From: an uncultured Alphaproteobacteria bacterium
GTDB lineage: Bacteria > Pseudomonadota > Alphaproteobacteria > Rhizobiales > Xanthobacteraceae
Assembly: GCA_963847015.1 (NCBI GenBank)
Contig: CAWJYI010000026.1
Span: forward strand, 27,775-91,774
Direction: 5' to 3'
Length of the DNA: 64,000 nucleotides
The translations under genes were made by a program, and so were the position numbers. Under the pieces are notes generated by a model that was not told the DNA's origin, searched no databases, and saw nothing but the letters and a program-made list of their open reading frames with translations. Below, piece by piece: positions 41,380-52,093 of this stretch (position 1 is its first letter; every line of letters begins with the position of its first letter).

Positions 41380-41699
41380 GGCGAACACGTCAGGACCAGA
41401 TTTCACGGTGAGCTTTTGGCCCGGTGAAATTGCGGAGCAAATATTCCGCACCGAACGAAGAAAACCCGTTTCTTCTGCCGGACCGATTTTGAAACAGCGA
41501 ACTCTTTGAAAGAGCGAACTCTCCCGAAATACGATCCAGCCGTTTGACCTGATGTCTCGCCGACACCCTCTTTCGTCGACCAGAGCCATCCGAGTTAGAT
41601 TTGCTTCGGGAAGCAGCTTGGCTTCGTCTAGCAGATCGTCTGAAGGCTCGTGTGACGTGCCGGCATCAAGCCGCCGGCAATTCTCTCAAAGACGAGAGC

Positions 41700-41792
41700 T
41701 TACTTCTTCTTCTTGGCGACCTTGCGGGTCTTCTTCGCAGTCTTCTTCACTGCGCTCTTCGCCTTCTTTGCCTTCTTAGCTTTCTTGGCCAT
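41700..41792 (-). CDS. 30-aa Lys/Ala-rich basic peptide (histone H1-tail-like)
   Basis: GGAGGG RBS, then MAKKAKKAKKAKSAVKKTAKKTRKVAKKKK*. Confidence 0.75.
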   Translation of the reverse strand: MAKKAKKAKKAKSAVKKTAKKTRKVAKKKK

Positions 41793-42343
41793 GTTGCCCT
41801 CCTAATGTAGTGAGATGGCTTTAGTCGCTGCGTGCACTCGGGAATCGAGATGCACTACATCCCGAATACACCAACACACTCAAAAAAACAGCGTCCCGCT
41901 TAAGGAAGTGTTGACGCAGCACTGCGAGAGCGCGCGATGCGCATCGGTCGGCGGCACGACGGCGCGTTCGCGCGTTGACGCCAAAATTGCAGCAACGACC
42001 CGCGTCCCTGTTTGTCAATATTGAAGGAAACGCTTGTACTGCCGATGTTTCTGCAATTCGCAAACACTGCGATCGATGTGCGATCGAGGTCATCGCTGCG
42101 CGATGATGCCGTCAAAAAACCGTTTGCGCGGACTCTGAGTCGCAAATTTTGGCAATAAAAAAATTTTCGTGGGTAACGCGCCAACGTCTCATCCCCGCTC
42201 ACCAAAACCGAATTTTCGGACGAATCGTCGCAACCAATTCGCAACTGCGATTTCAGTCGCGACGATGAATTTCGGATCGCGTGAACGATCAACGCGCGCT
42301 CGCGCATCGATCGAGTGCCGGCGTCGTCCCGTTACGGGACGTT

Positions 42344-43822
42344 TCAGATGCCGAGCTTCGCCTTCAGGAGATCGTTGACCGCTTGCGGGTTGGCTTTACC
42401 GCCGGACGACTTCATCACCTGGCCGACAAACCATCCGGCGAGTTGCGGCTTGGCTTTCGCCTGCGCGACCTTGTCCGGATTGGCTGAGATGATGTCGTCG
42501 ATCACCTTTTCGATCGCACCGAGGTCCGTGACCTGCTTCATGCCGCGCGCTTCGACGAGTTCGCGGGGATCGCCGCCCTCGGTCCAGACAATCTCGAACA
42601 GATCTTTTGCGATCTTTCCGGAGATCGTGCCCTCGCCGATCAAGTCGACGATCGCGCCAAGCTGCTCGGCCGACACCGGCGAGCCCGTAATGTCACGGCC
42701 TTCCTTGTTGAGGCGTCCGAACAGTTCGTTGATCACCCAGTTGGCGGCGAGTTTGCCGTCGCGGGCCTTGTCGGCGAGTTTTGCGAGCACGGTTTCGTAG
42801 AAATCCGCGCTCTCGCGCTCCGCGACCAGTACGCTGGCGTCGTAGGGCGACAATCCGAAGCCGTCGATGAACCGTGCCTTCTTCTGATCCGGCAATTCCG
42901 GCAGCTCCGCCTTCAGTTCGGCTACATAGGCTTCGCTGAATTCGAGCGGCAAAAGATCGGGATCGGGAAAATAGCGGTAGTCATGTGCCTCTTCCTTGGA
43001 GCGCATCGACCGCGTCTCGCCCTTGTTGGGGTCGAACAGCCGTGTCTCCTGGTCGATGACGCCGCCGTCCTCGATGATTTCGATCTGACGCCGCGCTTCG
43101 TACTCGATCGCCTGACCGATGAAGTTGATCGAGTTCATGTTCTTGATCTCGCAGCGGGTGCCGAGCGGACCACCCGGCTTGCGCACGGAGACATTGACGT
43201 CGGCGCGCAGCGAGCCCTTCTCCATGTCGCCGTCGCAAGTGCCGAGATAGCGCAGGATCGAGCGCAGTTTTGTCACATAGGCTTTTGCCTGCTCGGCGTC
43301 GCGGATGTCCGGCTTGGAGACGATCTCCATCAGGGCAACGCCGGAACGGTTGAGATCGACATAGGACATGGTCGGTGACTGATCGTGCAGCGACTTGCCG
43401 GCGTCCTGTTCCAGATGAAGCCGTTCGATGCCCACCGTGACCGACCTGCCGCCGTCGAGTTCGACCACAACCTCGCCCTCGCCCACGATCGGCGACTTGT
43501 ACTGGCTGATCTGGTAGCCCTGCGGCAGATCGGGATAAAAATAGTTCTTGCGGTCGAACACCGAGCGCAGATTGATCTGTGCGTTCAGTCCCAATCCGGT
43601 TCTGACCGCCTGCCTGACGCATTGCTCGTTGATCACGGGCAGCATGCCCGGCATCGCCGCATCGACCAGCGAGACGTGCGTGTTCGGCTCGCCGCCGAAT
43701 TCGGTCGAGGCGCCGGAGAACAGTTTTGAGTTCGAGGTGACCTGGGCGTGGATTTCCATGCCGATCACGACTTCCCAGTCGCCTGTTTGGCCCTTGATCA
43801 GCTTGCTGACAGTCGCGTTCAT
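42344..43822 (-). CDS. gatB: Asp/Glu-tRNA amidotransferase subunit B
   Basis: [37 protein letters not shown]. Confidence 0.97.
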   Translation of the reverse strand: MNATVSKLIKGQTGDWEVVIGMEIHAQVTSNSKLFSGASTEFGGEPNTHVSLVDAAMPGMLPVINEQCVRQAVRTGLGLNAQINLRSVFDRKNYFYPDLPQGYQISQYKSPIVGEGEVVVELDGGRSVTVGIERLHLEQDAGKSLHDQSPTMSYVDLNRSGVALMEIVSKPDIRDAEQAKAYVTKLRSILRYLGTCDGDMEKGSLRADVNVSVRKPGGPLGTRCEIKNMNSINFIGQAIEYEARRQIEIIEDGGVIDQETRLFDPNKGETRSMRSKEEAHDYRYFPDPDLLPLEFSEAYVAELKAELPELPDQKKARFIDGFGLSPYDASVLVAERESADFYETVLAKLADKARDGKLAANWVINELFGRLNKEGRDITGSPVSAEQLGAIVDLIGEGTISGKIAKDLFEIVWTEGGDPRELVEARGMKQVTDLGAIEKVIDDIISANPDKVAQAKAKPQLAGWFVGQVMKSSGGKANPQAVNDLLKAKLGI

Positions 43823-44124
43823 GCTTTTCCACTCCCGAGCAGCGCGGACACGATCCGCTCCCATTCGGCTTCCAGAGAATCCTTCGCCACCGGCTGGCCC
43901 GCCTGACGGTACCAATAGCCGGCATTGCCCAGATCGCCTTCGACGCGGTGCAGATAGGCGTGCACCCAGGCAGCCTCAGCGCTCGCTTCGTCCTGCACGA
44001 TCTTGTGCGCCTGGTCCCATTGGCCCTTGGCGGCCCACCACAACGCCGCAAGCGGCGGCTCCAGGCCCGACGCCGGAGCGGTGTCCGACAGACTGGCGCG
44101 GAAATCCACCATGATTACCACCAC
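43819..44124 (-). CDS. Hypothetical protein in the gat operon
   Basis: [10 protein letters not shown]...[20 protein letters not shown]; overlaps both neighbours. Confidence 0.8.
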   Translation of the reverse strand: MVVIMVDFRASLSDTAPASGLEPPLAALWWAAKGQWDQAHKIVQDEASAEAAWVHAYLHRVEGDLGNAGYWYRQAGQPVAKDSLEAEWERIVSALLGSGKA

Positions 44125-45587
44125 CGCTCGGGCGTAAATCGACCGGCCGCCTGTTCGACGATCTCGCCGAGCGAAAACAGCGTCTCCTCGTCGAAGGGAC
44201 GTCCGATCAATTGCAAGCCGAGCGGCAGCCCTTGCGAGTCCTTGCCGGCCGGCACCGCGATGCCCGGCAACCCCGCCATGTTCACCGTCACCGTGAAGAT
44301 GTCGTTGAGATACATCTCGACGGGGTCGGCGCCCTTTTCGCCGACGCCAAACGCCGCCGACGGCGTCGCAGGCGTCAGGATCGCATTCACGCCCTTGGCG
44401 AAAACGTCCTCAAAGTCCTTCTTGATCAGGGTCCGGACTTTTTGCGCGCGCAGATAATAGGCGTCGTAATAACCGGCCGAGAGCACATAGGTGCCGATCA
44501 TGACGCGGCGGCGCACTTCGTCGCCAAAGCCACTCGCGCGCGTATTCTCGTACATTTCGCCGATCGATCGGCCCGGCACGCGCAGGCCGTAGCGCACGCC
44601 GTCGTAGCGCGCGAGATTCGACGAGGCTTCCGCGGGCGCCACGATATAATAGGCCGGCAGCGCGTATTTGGTGTGCGGCAGCGACACCTCGACCAGTTCG
44701 GCGCCCGCCGCCTTCAGCCAGGCCGCGCCCTCGCTCCAGAGCTTTTCGATCTCGGCCGGCATGCCGTCGAGGCGATACTCCTTGGGGATGCCGATCTTCA
44801 TGCCCTTCACGGATTTGCCGATCGCGGCCTCGTAGTCCGGCACCACGCGGTTGACCGACGTGGTGTCCTTGGGATCGTGGCCCGCCATCGAGCGCATCAG
44901 GATCGCAGCATCGCGCGTGGTGCGCGCGATCGGTCCGGCCTGATCGAGCGAGGACGCAAACGCCACGATGCCCCAGCGCGAGCAGCGGCCATAGGTCGGC
45001 TTGACACCCACGGTCGCGGTGAACGCCGCGGGCTGACGGATCGAGCCACCGGTATCGGTCGCGGTCGCACCCATGCAGAGCAGCGCGGCTACCGCCGACG
45101 CCGATCCGCCGGAGGAGCCGCCCGGCACCAGCATCGTGTTGGAGCCCTCGCGCCGCCACGGATTGACAACCGGACCGAAACACGAAGTCTCGTTCGAGGA
45201 GCCCATCGCAAATTCGTCGTTGTTGAGCTTGCCCAGCATGACGGCGCCGTCGCGCCAGAGCTGCGAGGTGACGGTGGATTCATAAGGCGGCACGAAATTG
45301 CCGAGGATCTTTGAGCAGGCGGTGGTGCGCACATCCTTGGTCGCGAACAGGTCCTTGATGCCGAGCGGAATGCCGGCGAGCGGACCGCCCTCGCCCTTTG
45401 CGATTTTGGCGTCGACCGCGCGCGCCATGGCGCGGGCCTGCTCCGGCGTTTCCAGCACAAAGGCGTTGAGCGCGCGCGCGGCCTCGATCGCGGCCAGATG
45501 CGCGTCGGTCAGCTCAAGCGAGGTAAAAGACTTGTTCGCGAGGCCTTGCCGGGCCTCGGCGATCGTCAGCGATGTGAAATCGGTCAT
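44115..45587 (-). CDS. gatA: Asp/Glu-tRNA amidotransferase subunit A
   Basis: Amidase signature [26 protein letters not shown]. Confidence 0.97.
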   Translation of the reverse strand: MTDFTSLTIAEARQGLANKSFTSLELTDAHLAAIEAARALNAFVLETPEQARAMARAVDAKIAKGEGGPLAGIPLGIKDLFATKDVRTTACSKILGNFVPPYESTVTSQLWRDGAVMLGKLNNDEFAMGSSNETSCFGPVVNPWRREGSNTMLVPGGSSGGSASAVAALLCMGATATDTGGSIRQPAAFTATVGVKPTYGRCSRWGIVAFASSLDQAGPIARTTRDAAILMRSMAGHDPKDTTSVNRVVPDYEAAIGKSVKGMKIGIPKEYRLDGMPAEIEKLWSEGAAWLKAAGAELVEVSLPHTKYALPAYYIVAPAEASSNLARYDGVRYGLRVPGRSIGEMYENTRASGFGDEVRRRVMIGTYVLSAGYYDAYYLRAQKVRTLIKKDFEDVFAKGVNAILTPATPSAAFGVGEKGADPVEMYLNDIFTVTVNMAGLPGIAVPAGKDSQGLPLGLQLIGRPFDEETLFSLGEIVEQAAGRFTPERWW

Positions 45588-45790
45588 TTATTGATCGGGC
45601 TGCAGAAAAATGGAGAAAGCGTCTTGTCGTTGGCGGGATCGTTGGCACGCGCCTTGTCGGCGGCCTCAAGTTGATCGAGGACGGCGTCCATCGCCTTGTC
45701 GGGATCGGCAGCCTTGCCCTGCCGCTCCATCGCGTCGAGATAGTTCATATAGGCCGCATAGGCCTTTTCATCGTCGCAGAGCAGACACAT
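45584..45790 (-). CDS. Small hypothetical protein with N-terminal CxxC
   Basis: [11 protein letters not shown]...FFCSPINK; stop overlaps the gatA start. Confidence 0.65.
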   Translation of the reverse strand: MCLLCDDEKAYAAYMNYLDAMERQGKAADPDKAMDAVLDQLEAADKARANDPANDKTLSPFFCSPINK

Positions 45791-45891
45791 CGGACTTCCG
45801 ATCTCAAAAACTCTTGGTTTGACGCGTTTTCTACCGCAGATAAGTCTACGCAATCTGCGTAAACCTGATTGCCATGCGAAAACGCCACGTT

Positions 45892-46179
45892 TTACTCGAC
45901 CACCTTCGGCACCAGGAAGAAGTGATTCACGCTTTCAGGCGCGTTCCTGACGACCTCATCGGCGATCTCGCCGTCATTGACCACATCCGGCCGCTTCTTC
46001 ATCTCCATCGGGGTCACCGAGGTCATCGGTTCGACGCCGTCGACATTCACTTCCGAAAGCTGCTCCACAAAGGCCAGCATGGCGTTCAACTCGCCCTGCA
46101 GATGGGGAACTTCGGTCTCGGTGACCGCAATCCGCGCCAGATGCGCGATGCGGCGAACGGTGGCGGCATCAACGGACAT
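45892..46179 (-). CDS. gatC: Asp/Glu-tRNA amidotransferase subunit C
   Basis: [17 protein letters not shown]...FFLVPKVVE. Confidence 0.97.
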   Translation of the reverse strand: MSVDAATVRRIAHLARIAVTETEVPHLQGELNAMLAFVEQLSEVNVDGVEPMTSVTPMEMKKRPDVVNDGEIADEVVRNAPESVNHFFLVPKVVE

Positions 46180-46489
46180 TAATATAGGCCTCAAACGGGG
46201 AATTCGCACCCGCCGTATAGCAGAGCCCGCTTTTACGCTGCAACCGTGGGAACCCCCGTCGGAGCATTCCGAGCGCCTGATTATCCGCCACCGGGACGGA
46301 AATGCCGGATCGAAAGCCGGGCTTGCGCGTTTTCACTGAAGTCACAGGCTTGGATATCACATGCATTGGACATCACGGGCTTGCGACTGCGAAACCGCCT
46401 GACGAAACCGTTTTCGGGGGCCGACGCAGTCGTCCCGAAACAGTCGAGGGGTGTATTTGGGGCGCGTTAACGAGTTTGGAGGCCGCGTC

Positions 46490-46600
46490 ATGTCAACGTT
46501 GGAAAACGACAGAGCCCAATCGGAAGGCTGGGACCCCGCCCTCTGGTCAATCGGTACCGTACTAGGCGTCGCGATCCTGTACGTCGCCTGCCTGGTCTGA
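46490..46600 (+). CDS. 36-aa single-TM small protein
   Basis: GGAGG RBS; MSTLENDRAQSEGWDPALWSIGTVLGVAILYVACLV*. Confidence 0.55.
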   Translation: MSTLENDRAQSEGWDPALWSIGTVLGVAILYVACLV

Positions 46601-46617
46601 CAAGCCGAGGAGAAGCC

Positions 46618-46782
46618 ATGTCCAAGGCGAAAGACCTCCAGCAAAAGGCTGAGATGTTCGAACGCCGCGCCGAAACCGCGCTCGATCCGGTGTCGCGGCA
46701 GCATTACAAAGAGATGGCCGCGCATTATCGCTCTCTCGCCGTCGAACATCTGGACGTCAGCCGCGACGAGCCGGCGCACTAA
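46618..46782 (+). CDS. 54-aa hypothetical protein
   Basis: GAGGAG RBS; MSKAKDLQQKAEMFERRAE...HYKEMAAHYRSLAVEHL. Confidence 0.65.
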   Translation: MSKAKDLQQKAEMFERRAETALDPVSRQHYKEMAAHYRSLAVEHLDVSRDEPAH

Positions 46783-47030
46783 CGGGTCATCCGATTAGCG
46801 CCGGAGCCGAAGCGACCTATTGGATTGCCGAGCTGGCGCATGGACCGAAAAAAACGACATAAACTCGGCCGTCGCCAGCCGGTCGGCCAGCACGGACTAC
46901 CTGCTCAGGCCCCGCTCAGTGACCGCGACCGGTATCTCTGGTTCGCCCGGCGGCGACCGCCTAACCTTATGTTGGCGTGGAACCTGAAATCCCGTACAAA
47001 TTGCTGTCGCGCGAAGGAAGATTGCTTCCC

Positions 47031-48812
47031 ATGGTGCAACAGCAAGGCCGGATCGAGCGCAGATTGGCGGCGATAGTGGCCGCTGACGTCGCCGGCTATT
47101 CCCGATTGATGGGGCTCGACGAAGCCGGAACCGCGCGGGCCTTACGCGAACATCGTGTCGTTTCCGATGCGTTGGTGGCGGCGCATGGCGGCCGCCTGGT
47201 CAAGGCCACCGGCGACGGCTTGCTGCTCGAATTTCCTTCGGTGGTGGACGCGGTCGAATGCGCGGTCGCGGTGCAGAATGCGATGGCCGAGCGCAACGAG
47301 GGCGTTCCGCCGGACCGGTGCATGCTTTACCGGATCGGGATCAATCTCGGCGACGTCCTGATCGAGGGCGATGACATCCTCGGCGACGGGGTCAACATCG
47401 CAGTCAGGCTGGAGAACATCGCGGAAGCCGGCGGCATCTGCATCTCCGCTTCCGCCTATGACCAGGTCCGCGGCAAGGTCGCGGTCGGCTTCACCGATAT
47501 GGGCGAGCTGAGCCTCAAGAATATCGCCCGCCCGGTACGCACCTATACCGTGATCCATGAAAACATCAGGGAGACTCCTGCTGCCGGCGTCGCGCCGGGC
47601 GCACCTCCGCCGCCGCGCCTGTCCATCGTGGTTCTGCCGTTCGAGAATATGAGCGACGACCCGGGCCAGGACTATTTCGTCGACGGCATGACCGAAAGCC
47701 TGACCACGGACCTGTCGCGGATCGCAGGCTCGTTCGTGATCGCGCGCAACAGCGCGTTTTCCTACAAGGGCAAAGCCCCTGACGTGCGCAAGGTCGGACG
47801 GGACTTGAACGTCCGTTACGTGCTCGAAGGCTCGGTGCAGCGTAGCACCAAGCGGCTGCGGGTGAACGTGCAGTTGATCGACGCCGGAACCGGGAATCAT
47901 CTTTGGGCCGAGCGGTTCGACAAGGATGTCATCGACCTGTTCGACATGCAGGATGAAATCCTTGCCAGATTAGCCAACACGCTGAATGCCCAGCTGATGG
48001 AGGCAGAGGCGCAGCGAGCGCAACGCTCGCCGTCCCCCGACGCGATGGATTTATACTTTCAGGGCAAAGCCTGCCTGAACAAGGGAATCAGCCCCGAATA
48101 TTCGACGCAAGCGCGCGGGTTTTTCGAACGTGCCCTGGAACTCGATCCCGGAAATATCGAAGCGCTGGTCGGCGTGGGCATCATCGACCTGACGTTTGGA
48201 CCGGGCTTTCTCTCCGACGACCGGGCCGCGCGGCTCGCCAATGCGGAAGCGGTCGCGGCAAGGGCGATTTCGCTTGCCCCGAACCATCCCATGGCCCACC
48301 TGCTTTCAGGCGTCATCAAGATCTTCACCAACCGCGGGGTACAAGGCATTGCGGAATGCGAACGCGCGCTGGTGCTGGATCGCAATCTGGCGGACGCGCA
48401 CGCCTGGATCGGCCTGGGCAAGTATTTTATCGCCCGCGCCATGGACACCGAGGCCCATATCCTCGAGGCGCTCCGCCTGTCGCCTCGCGATATCTTCGCC
48501 TTCCGCTGGATGTGGATTGCCGGCCTCGCCAAATTCCAGCGCCATGCCGACGTCGAAGCGGCCTCGTGGATGCGCCGGAGCATCGAGGCGAACCCTAATC
48601 AACCCATCGGGCATTTCCTTCTCGGCGCGGTCCTGGCGCAGCTCGGCCAACCCAACGAGGCGCAGGCCGCCACGCAGGCGGGATTGGCGCTCGCTCCAGG
48701 TTTCACCATCCAGCGCTTCCTTGCGGGGGGATCGAGTGACAATCCGATATACCTCGCCTCGCGCGTGCGGCTCTGTGACGGCCTGCGCATGGCCGGCGTG
48801 CCCGAAGAATAG
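47031..48812 (+). CDS. Adenylate/guanylate cyclase with TolB-like and TPR domains
   Basis: AADVAGYSRLM, GDGLL, GDGVNIAVRL, SIVVLPFENMS, TPR repeats. Confidence 0.92.
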   Translation: MVQQQGRIERRLAAIVAADVAGYSRLMGLDEAGTARALREHRVVSDALVAAHGGRLVKATGDGLLLEFPSVVDAVECAVAVQNAMAERNEGVPPDRCMLYRIGINLGDVLIEGDDILGDGVNIAVRLENIAEAGGICISASAYDQVRGKVAVGFTDMGELSLKNIARPVRTYTVIHENIRETPAAGVAPGAPPPPRLSIVVLPFENMSDDPGQDYFVDGMTESLTTDLSRIAGSFVIARNSAFSYKGKAPDVRKVGRDLNVRYVLEGSVQRSTKRLRVNVQLIDAGTGNHLWAERFDKDVIDLFDMQDEILARLANTLNAQLMEAEAQRAQRSPSPDAMDLYFQGKACLNKGISPEYSTQARGFFERALELDPGNIEALVGVGIIDLTFGPGFLSDDRAARLANAEAVAARAISLAPNHPMAHLLSGVIKIFTNRGVQGIAECERALVLDRNLADAHAWIGLGKYFIARAMDTEAHILEALRLSPRDIFAFRWMWIAGLAKFQRHADVEAASWMRRSIEANPNQPIGHFLLGAVLAQLGQPNEAQAATQAGLALAPGFTIQRFLAGGSSDNPIYLASRVRLCDGLRMAGVPEE

Positions 48813-49023
48813 TGTAACCGGCCCGCACGACACCGCCCCGGCGATCCGGTCCGGTTCGGCCTCACGGCTCCCCCGCGCTCGGCGAAAGAAAGCCCACCGC
48901 ATTGTTGAATGAGGGAATTTGAGATTCATACCGTCTCCGGTATCGTGGATCAGGGACTGATCGGCCAGCCGCTCGAAAAGTGACAAACAACAAGATCAAA
49001 CGGAGAGAAACCGGGAGCGCGGA

Positions 49024-49816
49024 ATGGATTTCATTGAAGCAAACGGCGTTGCGCTACGCTGCGAGTTGAGCGGCAAGGGTGAGCGGACGCTGGTACTCGT
49101 TCACGAAATGGGCGGCTCGCTCGAAAGTTGGGATGACGTCGCGCCACGATTCGCAGAAAAGCGGCGCGTCTTGCGCTATGACACCCGCGGGGCCGGATTG
49201 TCGCAGAAGGTCCGCGGCGAGGTCAGCCTCGATATCATGGCCGACGATATCGCGGCGCTGCTCGATACGCAGGGGATATCAGGCAAGGTCGCGCTTGTGG
49301 GTATCGCCGTCGGCGGTGCGATCGCCCTGCATTTCGCTGCCCGACACAGCGGGCGCTGCAGCGCCGTCGTGGTCGGCAGCCCGGCAACCGGCATCGCCGC
49401 GGAGCGCCGCGCCGCGGCACTCGAGCGGCTTGTGCGGATCGAGGCCGACGGCATGGCCTTCGCGGTCGAGGATTCCATGCAGAACGGCTACGCCCCGGAA
49501 CTTCGCGGCGACATCAAGCGCTTCGAGCAATTCCGGGCGCGATGGCTCGGCAACGACCCCGCAAGCTATGCTGCGATCTGGCGAATGCTGGCGGGTGCGG
49601 ACATGCAAAGCGAGCTGAGCCTGCTGAGCTGTCCGGTACTCGTGATCGGCGGCAGCCTTGATCGCGTGCGCCCGCCGCCGCTCGCCGAAGGCGTGGCCAA
49701 AGCCATCCCCGGCGCCCGCTACGTCGAAATCCGCACCGGGCACTACATGGCGGTGCAAACACCCGACCTGATCTCGGATTGCCATCGACGAGTTCCTGAA
49801 ATCGGTCGACGCCTGA
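49024..49816 (+). CDS. Alpha/beta hydrolase (enol-lactonase-like); frameshift near 49783
   Basis: VLVHEMGG, RYDTRGAG; the alternate frame ends IDEFLKSVDA*. The nucleophile elbow reads GIAVGG, with no Ser. Confidence 0.82.
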
Positions 49817-49864
49817 TCGCACCATCCCACCCTTTATCCCCTCCCTTGCACCAAGGTCTTCCCC

Positions 49865-50746
49865 ATGAATCCGCAACCCGCACAACAGATTCCCGGAATC
49901 TATCACCGCAAGATCGGAGATATCGTCGTCACGGCCATCAGCGACGGCTATCTCGACGGCAATCTCGAGGTGATGCGCAATGTCGATGTCGAAAAGGCGC
50001 GTCAAATCCTGAGCGATGCATTCCGGCCGGCGCGGCGCACCAGCGTCAACACCTTCCTGATCCATTCGAAGGGCCGTACCGCGATCGTCGACACCGGATC
50101 GGGCAATTATCTGCAGCCGACGGCCGGCTTCGTTCAACGCAACCTCGCATCCGCCGGCATCGATCCAAAGTCGATCGACACGGTACTGCTCACGCACATG
50201 CACCCGGACCATTCCGCCGGGCTGACCGACATGACGAACGGGCAACTCTTTTTCCCGAACGCGGAACTCGTGATGCACGAGAACGAGCTTGCGCACTGGT
50301 TCGACGACGGCGCGATGGCGAAGGCCGACGAGCGATCGGCAAAACTCTATTTCCAGGCCGGCCGCGAGCAGGTCGCGCCCTACAAGAAGCGCACGCGGCT
50401 ATTCAACCAGGGTGAGGTTTTCCCCGGCGTCACCGCGGTGCCTAGCCTCGGGCATACGCCGGGCCACACCGCCTACCTGATCGCATCGGGCAAAGATCAA
50501 TTGATGATCTGGGGTGACACCGTGCATGTGCCGGAAGTGCAAACCGCGTTTCCCGAAGCCGGCATGGCCTTCGACACCGATCTTGCTGCGGCCGCAGCCG
50601 CGCGCAAACGCATGTTCGATCGCGTCTCCGCCGATGGCGTGCTGATCGCCGGAATGCACCTGCATTTCCCGGCGTTCTCGCGGCTGGCGCGGCGCGGCGA
50701 CGCCTACGCGCTTCACCCCGAGGCCTGGGTTCACGAACTGAATTAG
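49865..50746 (+). CDS. MBL-fold metallo-hydrolase (lactonase/organophosphate hydrolase-like)
   Basis: THMHPDHSAG, GHTPGH, GDTVH. Confidence 0.9.
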   Translation: MNPQPAQQIPGIYHRKIGDIVVTAISDGYLDGNLEVMRNVDVEKARQILSDAFRPARRTSVNTFLIHSKGRTAIVDTGSGNYLQPTAGFVQRNLASAGIDPKSIDTVLLTHMHPDHSAGLTDMTNGQLFFPNAELVMHENELAHWFDDGAMAKADERSAKLYFQAGREQVAPYKKRTRLFNQGEVFPGVTAVPSLGHTPGHTAYLIASGKDQLMIWGDTVHVPEVQTAFPEAGMAFDTDLAAAAAARKRMFDRVSADGVLIAGMHLHFPAFSRLARRGDAYALHPEAWVHELN

Positions 50747-51831
50747 CCGCCGAGCGCCTGCAGCCGAGCCAGTGCACTGCCTGCGAGCGCCCGGGTCAGT
50801 TCGGCGGCCGGCATCTCGCGGCCCATCCGCACCGCCTGCCCGGCCCAGAGGTTGGTGAAATCGACCTTGCCGAGTTTTTCGGCGGCTGCTTTCAGCGGCC
50901 CGAGCCCGGTTGCGGCGTGCGGAAACGCCGGAGCGTCCGGCGAGATCGGTCCGATTTCGCGCATCACGCGGTTGGGGACGCCGCGCGCCGGACGTCCGGT
51001 CATGACATTGGTGATCACGGTGGATTCATCGCTCGCCTGGGCCAGCGCCACGCGCGCCGGAGCGATTATTCTGGATTCCGGGCAGCGCAGATAGGCGGTG
51101 CCGATCTGCACGCCCGCCGCTCCCAATGCGAACGCCGCCGCGATGCCGCGCCCGTCCGCGATGCCGCCGGCCGCAATGACCGGCACCTTCACGGCGTCCA
51201 CCACCTGCGGCACCAGTGCAAACGTGCCGGGCTGCTCGGCAATATTCCCGGTCAGGAACATGCCGCGATGGCCACCGGCTTCGGCGCCTTGCGCGATGAC
51301 GATATCGGCGCCGTTCTCCTCGAGCCAGATCGCTTCCTTCACTGTCGTCGCCGACGACATCAGGATGGCGCCGGTCGACTTGACCCGCCGCACCATCGCC
51401 GCATCCGGCAGGCCGAAATGGAAGCTGACGACTTCCGGCTTCAGCTCCTCCACCATCGCGCACATCGCTTCATCGAACGGGGCGCGGTTGGCGGCAGCGA
51501 CGGGCGCAGCGGGATCGAGACCGAGTTCCTTGTAATAAGGCGTCAGCCGCGCCTTCCACACGGCCTCGCGCGCAGGATCGGCGGCGACCGGCTTGTGGCA
51601 AAAGAAGTTCAGGTTGACCGGTACTGGCACGCGCTGGCGCAGGATGTTCACCTGCTCGCGCGCCTTCTCCACCGGGATCATCGCGCATGGAAGCGAGGGC
51701 AGCGCCCCGCCCTGCGCTACCGCGATCGCCAGTTCCTGATCCATCACGCCCGCCATCGGCGCGAGCAGGATCGGAAATTCGGTCTTGAAGAGGTCGAGAA
51801 GTCGGCGATCTGGCCACATGGTTCTGCTCAC
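50743..51831 (-). CDS. Nitronate monooxygenase family protein
   Basis: LAPMAG, VSFHFG, AQGAEAGGHRG, AAGGIADG. Confidence 0.92.
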   Translation of the reverse strand: MSRTMWPDRRLLDLFKTEFPILLAPMAGVMDQELAIAVAQGGALPSLPCAMIPVEKAREQVNILRQRVPVPVNLNFFCHKPVAADPAREAVWKARLTPYYKELGLDPAAPVAAANRAPFDEAMCAMVEELKPEVVSFHFGLPDAAMVRRVKSTGAILMSSATTVKEAIWLEENGADIVIAQGAEAGGHRGMFLTGNIAEQPGTFALVPQVVDAVKVPVIAAGGIADGRGIAAAFALGAAGVQIGTAYLRCPESRIIAPARVALAQASDESTVITNVMTGRPARGVPNRVMREIGPISPDAPAFPHAATGLGPLKAAAEKLGKVDFTNLWAGQAVRMGREMPAAELTRALAGSALARLQALGG

Positions 51832-52093
51832 TCCTATGAATTGGACGACTGACGCGGATCAGGCTCTCGGTGCTGCGGAGGAGTTGCGCCGTCCGCCATG
51901 TCGATGCCGGCATCCAGCGCCTGCGGCGCCATGTCTTTATTCTGCGCCTGGGAGATCAATGGCATGCTGATCGACATGTCCGGCTTTCCAATCTGGACAG
52001 GCATTCTAGGTCGAACTACCATTCTCTAGAAATGAATACTGAAGAACGCAGCCATCTCTAAATTGAAACGGAGTTTGCCATGGAGAGTTTGCC

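Noticed and set aside
40970-41509. 179-aa ORF spanning the tandem repeat
   Set aside because: TTG start without a clear RBS, no recognisable domain, and repeat units that do not keep a consistent frame.
49024-50415. 463-aa hydrolase ORF
   Set aside because: Read-through from a frameshift near 49783 into an alternate frame of the MBL gene.
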